The position numbers were made by a program, and so were the translations under genes. A DNA stretch of 63,520 nt, counting the filler, from Hausera hauseri (Eukaryota), in the NCBI GenBank assembly GCA_046269625.1. It is 12 parts of 12 records of this genome, joined end to end, with 100 filler letters (N's around TTAATTAATTAA, not from the genome) between each part and the next. Parts side by side here need not be neighbours in the genome. Positions count along the whole stretch, not along the records: positions 9,776 to 19,709 come from JBJURY010265508.1; positions 19,810 to 24,020 come from JBJURY010698215.1; positions 24,121 to 28,732 come from JBJURY010504908.1; 9 more parts are not named here. The stretch is one strand, 5' to 3'. The notes beneath the pieces are model-generated. The model saw only the letters and a program-made list of their open reading frames with translations, ran no database searches and was not told the origin of the DNA. This document shows, in pieces, positions 12,701 to 26,454 of the stretch (position 1 is its first letter; the number at the start of each line of letters is the position of its first letter).

Positions 12701-15700
12701 AACGGGACAAATCTCTTGATATCACATCACCAATCATATGGTATAACGTGACAAATCACTTTACATCACGTGACCAATCATATGATATAACGTGACATAT
12801 CACTTGATATCACGTTACTAATCATATGAAATAACGTAAAAAATTATTTGACATCACGTCACCAATCATATGGTATAACGTGACAAATCACTTGACATCA
12901 GTTAACCAATCATATGATATAACGTCACAAATTACTTGACATCACGTGACTAATCATATGCTATAACGTGAAAAATTACTTGACATCACGTCGCAAATCA
13001 TATGGTATAACGTGACATATCACTACACATCACGTGACCAAACATGTGATATAACGTTACAAATCACTTGATATCACGTGATTTTTATATGATATGAAGT
13101 GAAAAATTAATAGACATCACCTTCCCAATCATATTGTATAACGTGACAAATCAGTTGATATCACGTCACCAATCGTATTGTATAACGTGACAAATCGCTT
13201 GACATCACGTGACCAATCATATGGAATAACGTGACAAATCACTTGGTATCACTTGAACAATGATAAGACATAACGGGACAAATCAATTGATATCTCGTGA
13301 TCAATCATAAGACATAACGGGCCAAATCGCTTGATATCACGTCACCAATCATACGCTATAATATGACAAATCATTTGACTTAACGTCCCCAATCATATGG
13401 AATAATGTGACGAGTCACTTGACATCACGTGACAAATCATGTGACATAAGATTACAAATCACTTGACATTACGTGACCAATCATATGATATAACGTGACA
13501 AATTAGTTGATATCACGTGACCAATCATAAGATATAAGGGGACAAATCAATTGGTATCATGTAACCAATCATGTGACATAAGATGGCAAATCACTTGACA
13601 TCACGTGACCAATCATGTGATATAACGTGACAAATAAGTTGATATCACGTGACCAATCATAAGATATAAGGGTACAAATCACTTGGTATCACGTCACCAA
13701 TTATACGGTATAACGTCACAAATCACTTGATATCTCTTGACCAATCATATGACATAAAGTGACAAATCACTTGATATCACGTGTCCATTCATATGATATA
13801 ACGTTACACATCACTTGACATCACGTGACTAATCATACGAAATAAAGTGAAAATTTATTTGTCATCACGTAATCAATCATATGTTATAACGTGACTAATC
13901 ACTTGACATCACGTGACTACTCATAAGATATAACGGGACAAATCACTTAATATCACGTCACCAATCATACGCTATAACGTGACAAATCACATGACGCAAC
14001 GTTCCCAATCATATGGAATAACGTCACAAGTCACTTGACATCACGTGACAAATCATATAATATAACGTGACAAATCACTTGACATCACGTGACTAATCAT
14101 ATGATATAACATGAAAAATGATTTCACATCACCTCCTCAATCATATGGTATATGGTGACAAATCACTTGACATCACGTGACTAATCATATGATGTAACAT
14201 GAAAAATGACTTCACATCACGTCCTCAATCATATGCTATAAGGTGACAAATCACTTGATATCACGTGACCAATCATATGATATAACGTGACAAATAAGTT
14301 GATATCACGTGACCAATCACAAGATATAACGGGACAAATCACTTAATATCACGTCATTAATTATATAATATAAAGTGACAAGTCACTTGACATCTCGTAA
14401 CCAATCATATGACATAAAGTGACAAATCACTTGATATCACGCGACGAATCATATGACTTGACGTGACAAATTACTTGATATAACGTCACCAATCATATAA
14501 TATAAAGTGGCAAATCACTTGACATCACGTGACCAATCAAATGATATAACGTGACAAATCACTTGACATCACGTCACCAATCATATGACATAACGTGACA
14601 AATAACTTCATATCACGTGACCAATGATAAGATATAACGGAACAAATCACTTGATATCATGTCACCAATCATATGTAATAACGTGACAAATCAATCGACA
14701 TCACGAGACCAATCATGAGATATAAGGGGACAAATCACTTCATATCACATGACCATTCAAAAGATATAACGGCACAAATCACTTGATATCACGTCACCAA
14801 TAATATGGTATAACGGTACAAATCACATGACATCACGTGACCAATCATATGGTATAAAGTGAAAAATCACTTGATATCACGTGACCAATCATATGATATA
14901 AAGTGACAAATCACTTGGCATTACGTGACCAATCATATGATATAACGTGACAAATCACTTGACATCACGTTACTAATCATATGAAATAACGTAAAAAATT
15001 ATTTGACATCACGTCATCAATCGTATGGTATAACGTGACAAATCACTTGGTAACACGGGCACAATGATAAGACATAAGGGGACAAATCAAGTGATATTAC
15101 GTGATCAACCGTAAGACATAACGGGACAAATCACTTGATATTACGTCACCAATCATACGTTATAACGTGACAAATCACTTGACTTAACGTGCCCAATTAT
15201 ATGGAATAACGTGACAAGTCACTTCACATCACGTGACGAATCATGTGACATAAGATGACAAATCAATTGACATCACGTGACGAATCATATGGCATAATGT
15301 GACAAATAAATTGATATCGCGTGACCATTCATAATATTTAACGGGACAAATCACTTGATATCACGTCACCAATTATATGTTATAACGTGACAAATCACTT
15401 GATATCATGTCACCAATTATATGTTTTAACGTGACAAATCACTTGATATCATGTCACCAATCATATGTTATAACGTGACAAATCACTTGATATCATGTCA
15501 CCAATCATATGTTATAACGTGACAAATCACTTGACATCAGGAGACCAATCATAAGATATAACTGGACAAATCACTTCATATCACGTGACCAATCAAAAGA
15601 TATAACCAGACAAATCACTTAATATCACGTCACCAATCATATGTTATAACGTGACAAATCACTTGGTATCATGTCATCAATCATATGTTATAACGTGACA

Positions 15701-18700
15701 AATCACTTGATATAATGTCACCAATCATATGTTATAACGTGACAAATCACTTGACATCACGAGACCAATCATAAGATATAACTGGACAAATCACTTCATA
15801 TCACGTGACCAATCAAAAATATAACGGAACAAATCACTTGATATCACGTGATTATTCATAGGAAATAACGTGAAAATTTAATTGACATCACGTAACCAAT
15901 CATATGGTATAAGGTGACTAATCACCTGACATCACGTAACTAATCATAAGACATAACGGGACAAATCACTTGATATCACGTCACCAATGGTATGATATAA
16001 AGTGACAAATCACTTGGCATCACGTGACTAATCATATGAAATAACGTGAAAAATTATTTGATATCACGTCACCAATCATATGGTATAACGTGACAAATCA
16101 CTTGACATCAGTTAACCAATCATATGGTATAACGGCACAAATTACTTGACATCACGTGACTAATCACATGAAATAACGTAAAAAATTATTTAACATCACG
16201 TCACCAATCATATGGTATAACGTGACAAATCACTTGACATCAGTTAACCAATCATATTATATAACGGCACAAATTACTTGACATCACGTGACTAATCATA
16301 TGATATAACGTGAAAAATTACTTGACATCACGTCTTAAATTATATAGTATAACGTGACATATCATTTGATATCAAGTGATCAATCATATGACTCAACGTG
16401 ACAAATCACTTGATATCACGTGACCAATCATAAGACATAACGGGTCAAATCACTTTATAGCACGTCACCAATCATACGGTATAACGTGACAAATCACTTG
16501 AATTCACGTCACCAATCATATGATATAACGTGACAAATCACTTGATATCACGTGACCAATCATATTACATAACGTGAAAAATAAGTTGATATCACGTGAC
16601 CAATCATAATATATAACGGGATAAATCACTTTCTATCACGTCACCAATCATATGGTATAGCGTGAGAAATCATTTGACTTCACGTCACGAATCATATGAT
16701 ATAATGTGACAAATCACTTGATATCACGCGACCAATCATATGATATGACGTGACAAATTACTTGATATCACGTGACCAATAATATGACATGACGTGACAA
16801 ATTACTTGATATCACGTCATTAATCATATGGTATAACTTGACAAATCACTAATCATCACGTGACCAATATATGACGTAACGTGACAAATCACTTGACATC
16901 ACCTGACCAATCATATGACATAACGTGAAAAATCACTTTACATCACGTGACCAATCATAAGCATAACGGGACAAATCACTTTATATCACGTCACCAATCA
17001 CGTGGTATAGCGTTACAAATCATTTGATTTCACGTCACCAATCATATGGTATAACGTGACAAATCACTTGACATCACGTGACCAATCATAAGCATAACGG
17101 GACAAATAACTTCATATCACGTCACCAATCATATGGTATAAAGTGACAAATCACTTATCATCACGTGACCAATATAGTACGTAACGTGACAAATCAATTG
17201 ACATCACCTGACCAATCATATGACATAAAGTGACGAATCACTTCATATCACGTGACCAATGATAAGATATAACGGGTCAAATCACTTTATATCATATCAC
17301 CGATCATATGTTATAACGTGACAAATCACTTGACATCACGTGACCAATCATATGTCATAACGTGATAAATCACTATATATCACGTGACCAATAATAAGAT
17401 ATAACGCGACATATCACTTGACATTACGTCACCAATCATATGGTATAACGTGACAAATCACTTGAATTCACGTCACCAATCATAGGGTATAACGTGACAA
17501 ATCATTTGGCATCACGTGATCAATCATATGATATAACGTGACAAATCACTTGACATCACGTGACTAATCATATGATATAAGTTGCAAAATTTCTTTACGT
17601 CACGTCCCCAATCATATGATATAACGTGACAAATCTCTTGACATCACGTTACCAGACATATGATATAAGGCGAAAAATTACTTGATCTCAGGTGACCAAC
17701 AATATGACATAACATGACAAATCACTTGATATCACGAGAGCAGTCATAAGATATAACGGAACAAATCACTTGATATCACGTCACAAATCATATGGTATAA
17801 CGTTAAAAATCACTTGATATCACGTGACACATCACATGACATAACGTGACAAATCACTTGACATCATTTGACCAATCATAAGACATAATGTGACAAATCA
17901 CTTGATATCACGCGAGCAACCATAAGATATAACGGAACAAATCACTTGATATCACGTCCCAAATCATACGGTATAACGTGAAAAATCACTTGATATCAGG
18001 TGACCAATCACAAGACATAACGTGACAAATCTCTTGATATCACGTGACTAATCATAAGACATAACGGGACAAATCACTTGATATCACGTGACCAATAATA
18101 TGACATGACGTTAAAAATTGCTTGATATCACGTCACCAATCATATGGTATAACTTGACAAATCACTAATCATCACGTGACCAATATATGACGTAACGTGA
18201 CAAATCAATTGACATCACCGGACCAATCATGTGACATAACGTGAAAAATCACTTTATATCACGTGAACAATGATAACACATAACGAAACAAATGACTTGA
18301 TATCACGTCACCAATCATATGTTATAACGTGACAAATCACTTGACATCACATTACCAATCATATGACATAACGTGACAAATCACTTGATATCACGTGACC
18401 AATCATATGATATGACGTGACAAATCACTTCATATCACGTGATCAATCATATGATATAACGTGAAAAATTACTTTGCATCACGTGACTAATCATATAATG
18501 TAAAGCGAAAAATTACTTGACATCACGTCACCAATCATATGGTATAACCTGACAAATTACTTGACATCACGTGACCAATCATATGATATAACGTGACAAA
18601 TCACTTGATATCACGTGACCAATCATAAGATATAACGGGACAAATCACTTGATATCACGTCACCAATCATATGGTATAACGCAACAAATCATTTGACTTC

Positions 18701-19709
18701 ACGTCACCAATCATATGGTATAACGTGACAAATCACTTGATATCACGTCACAAATCATATGGTATAACATGAAAAATCACTTGATATAAGGTGACCAATC
18801 ACAAGACATAAAGTGAAAAATCTTCTGATATCACGTGAACATTCATAAGACATAACAGGACAGATCACTTGCTATCACGTAACCAATAATATGGTATAAC
18901 TTGACAAATGACTAATCATCACGTGACAAATATATGACGTAACGTGACAAATCATTTGACATCACCGGACCAATCATGTGACATAACGTGACAAATCACT
19001 TAATATCACGTGAACAATGATAAGATATAACGGAACAAATGACTTGATATCACGTCACAAATCATATGTTATAACGTGAAAATCACTTGACATCACGTGA
19101 CCAATCATATGACATAAGGTGACAAATCACTTGATATCACGTGACCAATCATATGACGTAATGTGACAAAACACTTGACATCAGGAGACGAATCAAAGAA
19201 CATAACGGGAAAAATCACTTACTATCATACCACCAATTATATGGTTTATTGTGACAAATCACTTGACATCAAGTGGCCAATCATATGGTATAACGTGACA
19301 AATATCTTGACATCATGTTACCAGACATATAGTATAAGACGAAAAATTACTTGATCTCAGGTGACCAATAATATGATATAAAGTGACAAATCACTTGATA
19401 TCACGCGAGCAATCATAATATTCAACGGTAAAAATCAATTAATATCACGTCACAAATCATATGTTATAACGTGAAAAATCACTTGGCATCACTTGACAAA
19501 TCATATGAAATAACGTGAAAAATTATTTGATATCACGTCCCCAATCATATGGTATAACTTGACAAATCACTTGATATCACGCGACCAATCATATGATATA
19601 ACGTCACAAATTACTTGACATCACGTGACTAATCATATGATATAACGTGAAAAATTACTTGACATCACGTCCCAAATCATATGGCATAACGTGACATATC
19701 ACTACTCAT
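9776..19709. repeat. 44-bp tandem satellite (~225 units), a dimer of related 22-bp halves: TCACGTGACCAATCATATGATA + TAACGTGACAAATCACTTGACA
   Basis: Uninterrupted tandem repeat filling the whole contig, read directly from the sequence. Confidence 0.98.
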
Positions 19710-19809
19710 NNNNNNNNNNNNNNNNNNNNNNNNNNNNNNNNNNNNNNNNNNNNTTAATTAATTAANNNNNNNNNNNNNNNNNNNNNNNNNNNNNNNNNNN
19801 NNNNNNNNN

Positions 19810-22800
19810 CGCGATACTGGAGCTCGTACATTCGCAACTTGCTCAGGTCCAATACCACTTGTCCGATGTAGCTTGGCCGGTCCAGTACGACTTCTTCTTT
19901 GTTTAGAAGCACGCAACCAATCCATCGGCAATGTACATTGACCGCCTGAACTGAGCCTTGCTAGTGTACGTAACCAGTCGTTTTTCGTTCTTGCACAGGC
20001 GCACACTGAGCCACTTCTTCAGATTTTCCACTGTTTTCCCGAACATTGAATTGTTTTTGAGCTTGAAAATAATCCTTTCCGAACTTTGTAAAAGCTGCGG
20101 CTGGTTTTTCGGAATTTCCATCAATGTGCGCCTTGAATATCGGCGCCTGATTGAAGCGGATTGCACGATGCAGCTGTGAGACGCGTACACCGAACTGCAT
20201 GTAAAACTGCAGTAAACGCCAATGAACCGCGTAATGTGATTTGGATTCATGTGTCATGAGCAGCTTCTTTACTTTTGTTGAGCCTTCGCGCGGACATTGG
20301 CTAATTGGTGCGACCGGCAGTTCATCCAGAAAGTCATGCAGCTCATCTGGTACCACGAAATCGACCTCCATCAGGTATCCGATTGAGCTGTTTTCTGCTT
20401 TTGTTGTGTCTGGCGCCCTCAACAGATTTTTCACTATAGTGTCCAGGTCCTGTTTGTCGACTATCCATTAGAATGAACAGTACGGCAAGGGTTGTGAAAG
20501 CGCCCAGCCATACAGGTCATTAATATCGATGTACAACATTGACGTTGTATCATCATCATCATCATCGTCGTCACTGGTCACGTGATGTTTGTTGACAAAT
20601 GTCATGCCGCCACGAATACCAACATCAAGTAGTCGGTACATTTCCGGGTCTTGCAACAGCTCAATTTCCCTGTCCAGCAACATTACTGCCAATGCTCAAC
20701 TAATCCCCGGTATGGAGTAAAAGTTTAGCGGCTCCAGCCTATTTTCCACCAAAGCCTTAGCACGAAATTTCTGAAACACAGGTTAATAAGTACACGTCCA
20801 GTTCCAAGTACTGGTGCATGTACTCTAACATGTTTCTGCAGCCGAGCTCTGTCCACGCTTCCTGTGCTGTGTGATACTCGTCCTATGTGATTCCGGCCCA
20901 CTGTGGCGGCACTTCATCTATTGTCTGAAGACGCTCGTACGACACAGCAAAGACATACGGGAATATGCCTTTGCTGCGTACAATATGCTTGGGGAACTGC
21001 GTCAGTGTTAGCAGCACATCCGGCAAGGAATTTACGAGATTTGCTAGAGATTCATTGAGGAATTGCAATGAGTTAAGAAATCGTACCTGAAACCGTTTTT
21101 TCTGCGTGCCGATAAGGACAGGTACTTCTCCATCGTTGTTGGGATTATGGATAGCTCCTATTGTGGAAATCCGTTGATGGCTCATTTCAGAATATGGTAA
21201 CAGTCGTAACCCCTGAAATTATGAAATATCACCGTCAGGTATGGCCGCAACCGTCTTGCCAAATTGCTTGAATTGCATGTTGCTCCAAAGTATCGACCAT
21301 TGAAATGATCGTTATCCGGTATGAGCCATTCCTGTGCATCGAACGGCAATATTTTGTGGCACAGGTAACATTCGTCAGTGGCAGAGAAAAGGAGTGTTTC
21401 ATATTCGTCTTCCCAGACCGAAGATTTAATGCTATTATTCCAATACTACGGCGCGATTTCCGTTTCCACTGTTGTATCCAACTGATGCAGGAAATCGCGG
21501 ACACAGTTCCTTCCATGAAAAACGTAGTATTGTGGTTGTCCGTCGGCTTTAATTGGCACAACCAGCATTCCGACGGCGATTAGGACATGTTTTTGGTCGT
21601 AGATGTTGTGTCGTGGTAAAATTGCTTCGATATCGGCATATACCACATATGCCGTACTGTCGATATTTGACCAGTCACTTAATCTCAGTTCCTTTTGGAC
21701 TGGCATGACATACATTGTTGTTGTTCCTGTTGCATTTTTCCTGCACAGCGCTACATGCTTTCCCCATGTCGCTTCTGACCTAAAGCCATGTAGACATATG
21801 GGACACAATTTGCAACTTATACCTTTTTGGACAAACTGATCATGGTCCATGTTTAGTAGTCTATCCAAATTTGTTACCGCCATATAGTGAAAGTTTTTTG
21901 CATTCTCCAACAGCAGCAAGTTTACTGCGCGTCCATTGGGTTCCGACTGTGGTAGATTATGTCTGCATGGGGAATTTTGTATATTTCTTCATCTGTCGGT
22001 ATCCTATGATTGTGTTGTACGGAACACGTTGATTGCCAATGTCAGATTACGCCGTTCAAAAGCCGGAATGGTTTTGAGTTTCATCGGTATCCAACATTCA
22101 TCATAGTGCAAATTCTGAGAAATACTTACTGTACTGCTTTGGACAATTTGCATGATGTCTAAACACTTGATCTTATTTCAATATGGCCAGAATGCTGTAA
22201 ATAAAGCAGCCACCTCCAGAGACTGCTTCATGGATGCAGGTGTCGGTATAAATAAACGTCCGGACATGTAAATAATGCCACTCGTCTTGGTTAGAATAAA
22301 GCCGAGAGTGACAATCTTTGCAATTCGCCAACCACTGCCCTTTTCGGTGTAGTTGGCGATTTTTTCGTCAAGATTTTCGCCTACATCGGCAATAAAATCC
22401 TCAGAGTATGGTACGGCTAGATGTGACAGGTACCATTGTTTCCTGTCGCCCTGCAAATTTTCAAATTCTGCAAGTACATAATATTGCGCTTTGCAGTGGT
22501 GTTGTTGGAATTTGGCCACCTCTGATTCCAACAGGTTACGCATATTAGCGGGTACATCCTTCAATTGCGTTGCTGTTTTCGCCGACATGTCCATCTTTAT
22601 GTCCACGTACGATCTGTTCAGGTCGCACTTGACAGTAATGGGCGATTCACGTTCCTGCTGCTGCTGCTGCTGTTTCTGACTTTTGTTGTTTTGAAAGTAT
22701 TCATCAAGGCTTGCTGATGTTTGACGTTTCCTGCTGCTATTGTGTCATGCTGCGTCCATTAATATTTCCTTTTCGGACTTTTGAAACTGGTTCAAGTGGT

Positions 22801-23089
22801 CCTTGTGACTGTTGTAGATTTGTTCCTAGTTGGTTTTATCAACTATGGAACATCCGGGACAAACGTAGGCCCGTTTGCCTTGCACCATTGCGGTGCCATT
22901 GTACTGCTCCATTACACTATGGAAACTATCACCGTCATGAACTGTACTACTACTACAGTATCGCGGGTATGTGGGGCAATGCACAACCATCATCTTCTTA
23001 GACCGAGTAAACAATCCGATGTGATGCTTTTGCATCTCATAAAAATCGGGGTACGGACAGTGAGTTGGAACACTACACGTTGGACACAC
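19810..23089 (-). mobile_element. Decayed Polinton/Maverick/adintovirus-type protein-primed family B DNA polymerase with an endonuclease VII-like insert
   Basis: Minus-strand motifs in order: CPICLHGF..H..C, ExoI YVVYADIE, CYLC..DNDHFNGRYFGATCNSSNL, ExoII VIFHNFRGYD, KGIFPY, YLELDV, IRGGMTFVNK, motif A YIDINDLYGWALSQPLP, motif B FKLKNNSMFGKT. Many frameshifts; cut by the contig end. Confidence 0.9.
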
Positions 23090-23313
23090 ATGCCAATTTT
23101 GTCATATTTGGATATCTCTTGATGGCACTGATCCGCCTCATGTATGCGAAAGACGCAGTACACCGGATATTGTGAACATTTCTAAATTTAAACAAATTAA
23201 AGTTAATGTTAACTTTAAATTGAAAACATTAAATACAATTATATAATAAATTGATATAAACTAACTTATTTCTTTTATGCAGGTATAAACATATCAGCCA
23301 TATTACAACTTAT

Positions 23314-23583
23314 ATGGAAGAGTACATTGAGAGTGAAATTCGGAAATTGACGTATGAAATAATGACTGGACACGTGTTTGACATTCAGTATCTATGTAAG
23401 CTGACAGAAACCAGGATAATGAGCAGACGAGAGTATATTGAATTAATAGTCCGATCACTCTTCATGAAACGAATCGTAGATGAGTGGAAACGAAAGCGGC
23501 AACGACGTATTAATTTTCTCCTTGGAATTGTATTTTCTGATTCGCTTTGTATTGTAATAAAAAAGTTTACTGACCGTATTTAA
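23314..23583 (+). CDS. Small hypothetical protein (89 aa) divergent from pPolB, probably part of the same element
   Basis: Intact ATG-to-TAA ORF after an AT-rich spacer; no family recognised. Confidence 0.35.
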   Translation: MEEYIESEIRKLTYEIMTGHVFDIQYLCKLTETRIMSRREYIELIVRSLFMKRIVDEWKRKRQRRINFLLGIVFSDSLCIVIKKFTDRI

Positions 23584-24120
23584 TCACGTGTATTATTTTG
23601 CTGTTTGTTTTTGTGAATCAATATAATTTATTTGTTACATATCAATATAAATACTTGTGCTTCTTTACGGTATGACAATAAGACATGTACCATTTAACAG
23701 AATTCATTCGTTTATATCACTGGTTCGACGGTCTTTAGAGTCACCTTTACAATCTTGATCGACCTTTACATGATGCACAATACTGTTTGCCCGAAGAGAT
23801 ACTCCGGTGTTCTGAGGAAAAATGGAGGGCACGAGAACCTTATCTACGACACATGAAGCAGGCTGTTGGTGACATGGACACGATATTCGGCCAGATTTTT
23901 CGCACTTAACAGAAATTGGCGTTGGATGACGATCCACGCCACGTACGGTTTGTGGAAGATTTTGTCAAAGGTGATTCCAACATTCCAACGTGGCAGTCAG
24001 CAGATCGGATTTGTTTCAAGNNNNNNNNNNNNNNNNNNNNNNNNNNNNNNNNNNNNNNNNNNNNTTAATTAATTAANNNNNNNNNNNNNNNNNNNNNNNN
24101 NNNNNNNNNNNNNNNNNNNN

Positions 24121-25005
24121 AAAACATCACACTTTCTCGTCACATCATGTGACCGACCGATTCGACAACCCCGGAGGAAGCTGGACCCTGTCAAGAGAGC
24201 AGCCGCGGAAGCCGAATTCCGACACTTCGAAGAAACAGGCATTATACGCCGCTCCACATCGCCATGGGCATCACCACTGCACATGGTTCCAAAAAAGGAC
24301 GGATCATACCGGCCTTGTGGTGACAATAGAATGTGGAATAACGTCACCATCCACGATTCATACCCAACAGCGTTGGTAACGGACATATTGCATCGCCTAC
24401 ATGGTGCAGCAATATTCAACACAGTCGATCTGGAAATGGCATACCACCAGATCCCAGTGGCTACCGAAGACATTACAAAAACGGCTGTAATAACGCCTTT
24501 TGGTTTGTTCTAGTATCTACGCATGCCTTTCGGCTTACGGAATGCAAGTCAAGCATTCCAACGCCACAAAGACCAAGTCCTCATCGACACGCATTATGCA
24601 ATCTCACATATAGATGACATATTGATTGCATTACCCGATGAAACGACTCACAAAACACATCTCGAACATGTGTTTCATAGGTTGAATAAAAACAACCTAC
24701 AGTTGAACATAGACAAATGTTCATTTTTTAAAACAGGAGCCGTATTTCTCGGACTTCGATTAACACCACATGGTTACAGTCCACTTCCTGAGCGACTAGA
24801 AATTATCAAACAAATACCGAAGCCATACATAGTGACTGGACTTCGCCGCTTCCTTAGCACGATTAATTTATGCCATCGCTACATTCCGAATTGCTTGGAA
24901 ATCCTCTCACCTATATCTGCTGTAAGCCAAGGACCCTAGAAATCCCTGGTAAACTGGACAGATGAGGCTGAACAGGCATTTTCCAATGCAAAAATGAGCA
25001 ATATT
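24121..25005 (+). mobile_element. Ty3/Gypsy reverse transcriptase fragment (decayed)
   Basis: SPWASPLHMVPKKDGSYRPCGD, AYHQIPV, MPFGLRNASQAFQR, SHIDDILI, LRRFL; internal stop at 24511-24513. Confidence 0.93.
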
Positions 25006-25599
25006 TAAACAAACTTTATATAGCCAAACATAATAACGAAATTTAATATATTTTGCAGTTCCTGAGGGCCGAAAGGAAAAATTTAAATTTACAAAACAGT
25101 AATATCACAAAAAATGTTGAAAAAAAATTAAACCTTTAAGTCAAACCAAATCAGTAAAAAATTTCCAATGCCAATAATAAAATTTCTCAATGCCAAATCT
25201 CGAACAAAAGTTCTCAAAATTTCAAATCACACATTTGGTCAAAATAAAATATATCAAAGACAAATTAAAAATCACGGATTCGCAAAACATCAAAAATTTC
25301 TCAAGATTCCTACACGAAACAACATAAAAAATGAATCAAGAAGCAAATAGGGGATTGCAAGTGCTGGGGCAATCAGCACTTGTAGCCAACAAAAAAAATC
25401 AATCACAAAAAATAAAATCTGTGGATTTAAATTCATTTGTTTAAATCCACAGTTTAAAAGCAGAGAGAATCATTTCAAAAAATATATACAGAGTAAGAAA
25501 ACAGAACAACGACTTAAAAAAGGGAAAACATGCCAGAAGCACTGAAAACACTTGGGAAGGGTCAGAAGTCGGCAATCAAGAAAGCAAGACACAAAGGCC

Positions 25600-26454
25600 A
25601 TCCTAGGCGATGCAGCCGTTTAACCAAACGCCACCCTTGGAGAAAAGAGTACCGTACCGATTCCGGGGTATTGCATTCCCAAGATACTCCGACCAGTACA
25701 CGCCGAAGCGGAAAACAACACCTTCAGCTGCGTCGCCTCACCGGAACAAGGTCGATCAGAAAAGCGGCAACACACAGCCCGGTGGAATACCGTCCCACGC
25801 TGCAGACGACATCGCAACACCAAAAGGCGAGCCCCGGACCGGTCTTACTCGGACTTTCTGACGGTACGGAATCTGCTATAACGAAGCGGCTTCGTACGAC
25901 ACTTGACCAGGTTGGGACGGAATAACCCCTATTCCTTACCCGGTGGAACGCTCCATCGGTTTTATGAGGACGGAGAAAATCGACGTCTTTTCGACTCATC
26001 GTTTTTTCTGCCGGTCTTCCCGAGACTGATGGCGGCCGCCGACCGCCTCTACGAATCGCTGGCTCCATTGGAGAGCCAGTTGATTCCTGACCGTCTAACC
26101 GCCAACAAACCGCAGGCTAGGACAGTGAGCTCCAGCCCAGACGAAGTTCCCGTACCGCGCCGTCGACGCAGGTTAGAGCCGACAAGACCTGAACAAACAT
26201 CAACCGATTCAAGCTCGGACGAAGCTCTGACCGGTGTACGCCGAGTTCTCCGAAATGGCCCGGCATTATCTTCCACGGACGATTCGTACGCCTCGATTAA
26301 CTCGACCAACAATGATTGTGATAACAATAAACGTTGTGCCCATTACCCCGTTTTTTCTCTTCATTGTCTCCTGTCATTTTTAGTTTATTGTTTTGTCGCT
26401 ATTGCGTGGTGGTCCAGAGGTAAGGCCTGCTTTAAGGCACCGACCTCTAAATAA
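25600..26454 (+). CDS. Unknown disrupted ORF convergent with the downstream Gypsy pol
   Basis: GC-richer frame containing the 183-aa ORF 25903-26454, with an A-rich leader upstream and AATAAA at ~26326. Confidence 0.3.

Noticed and set aside
9776-19709. CRISPR-like array
   Set aside because: Units are contiguous with no unique spacers and there are no cas genes; it is a eukaryotic satellite. ORF 19163-19354 is a repeat artefact.
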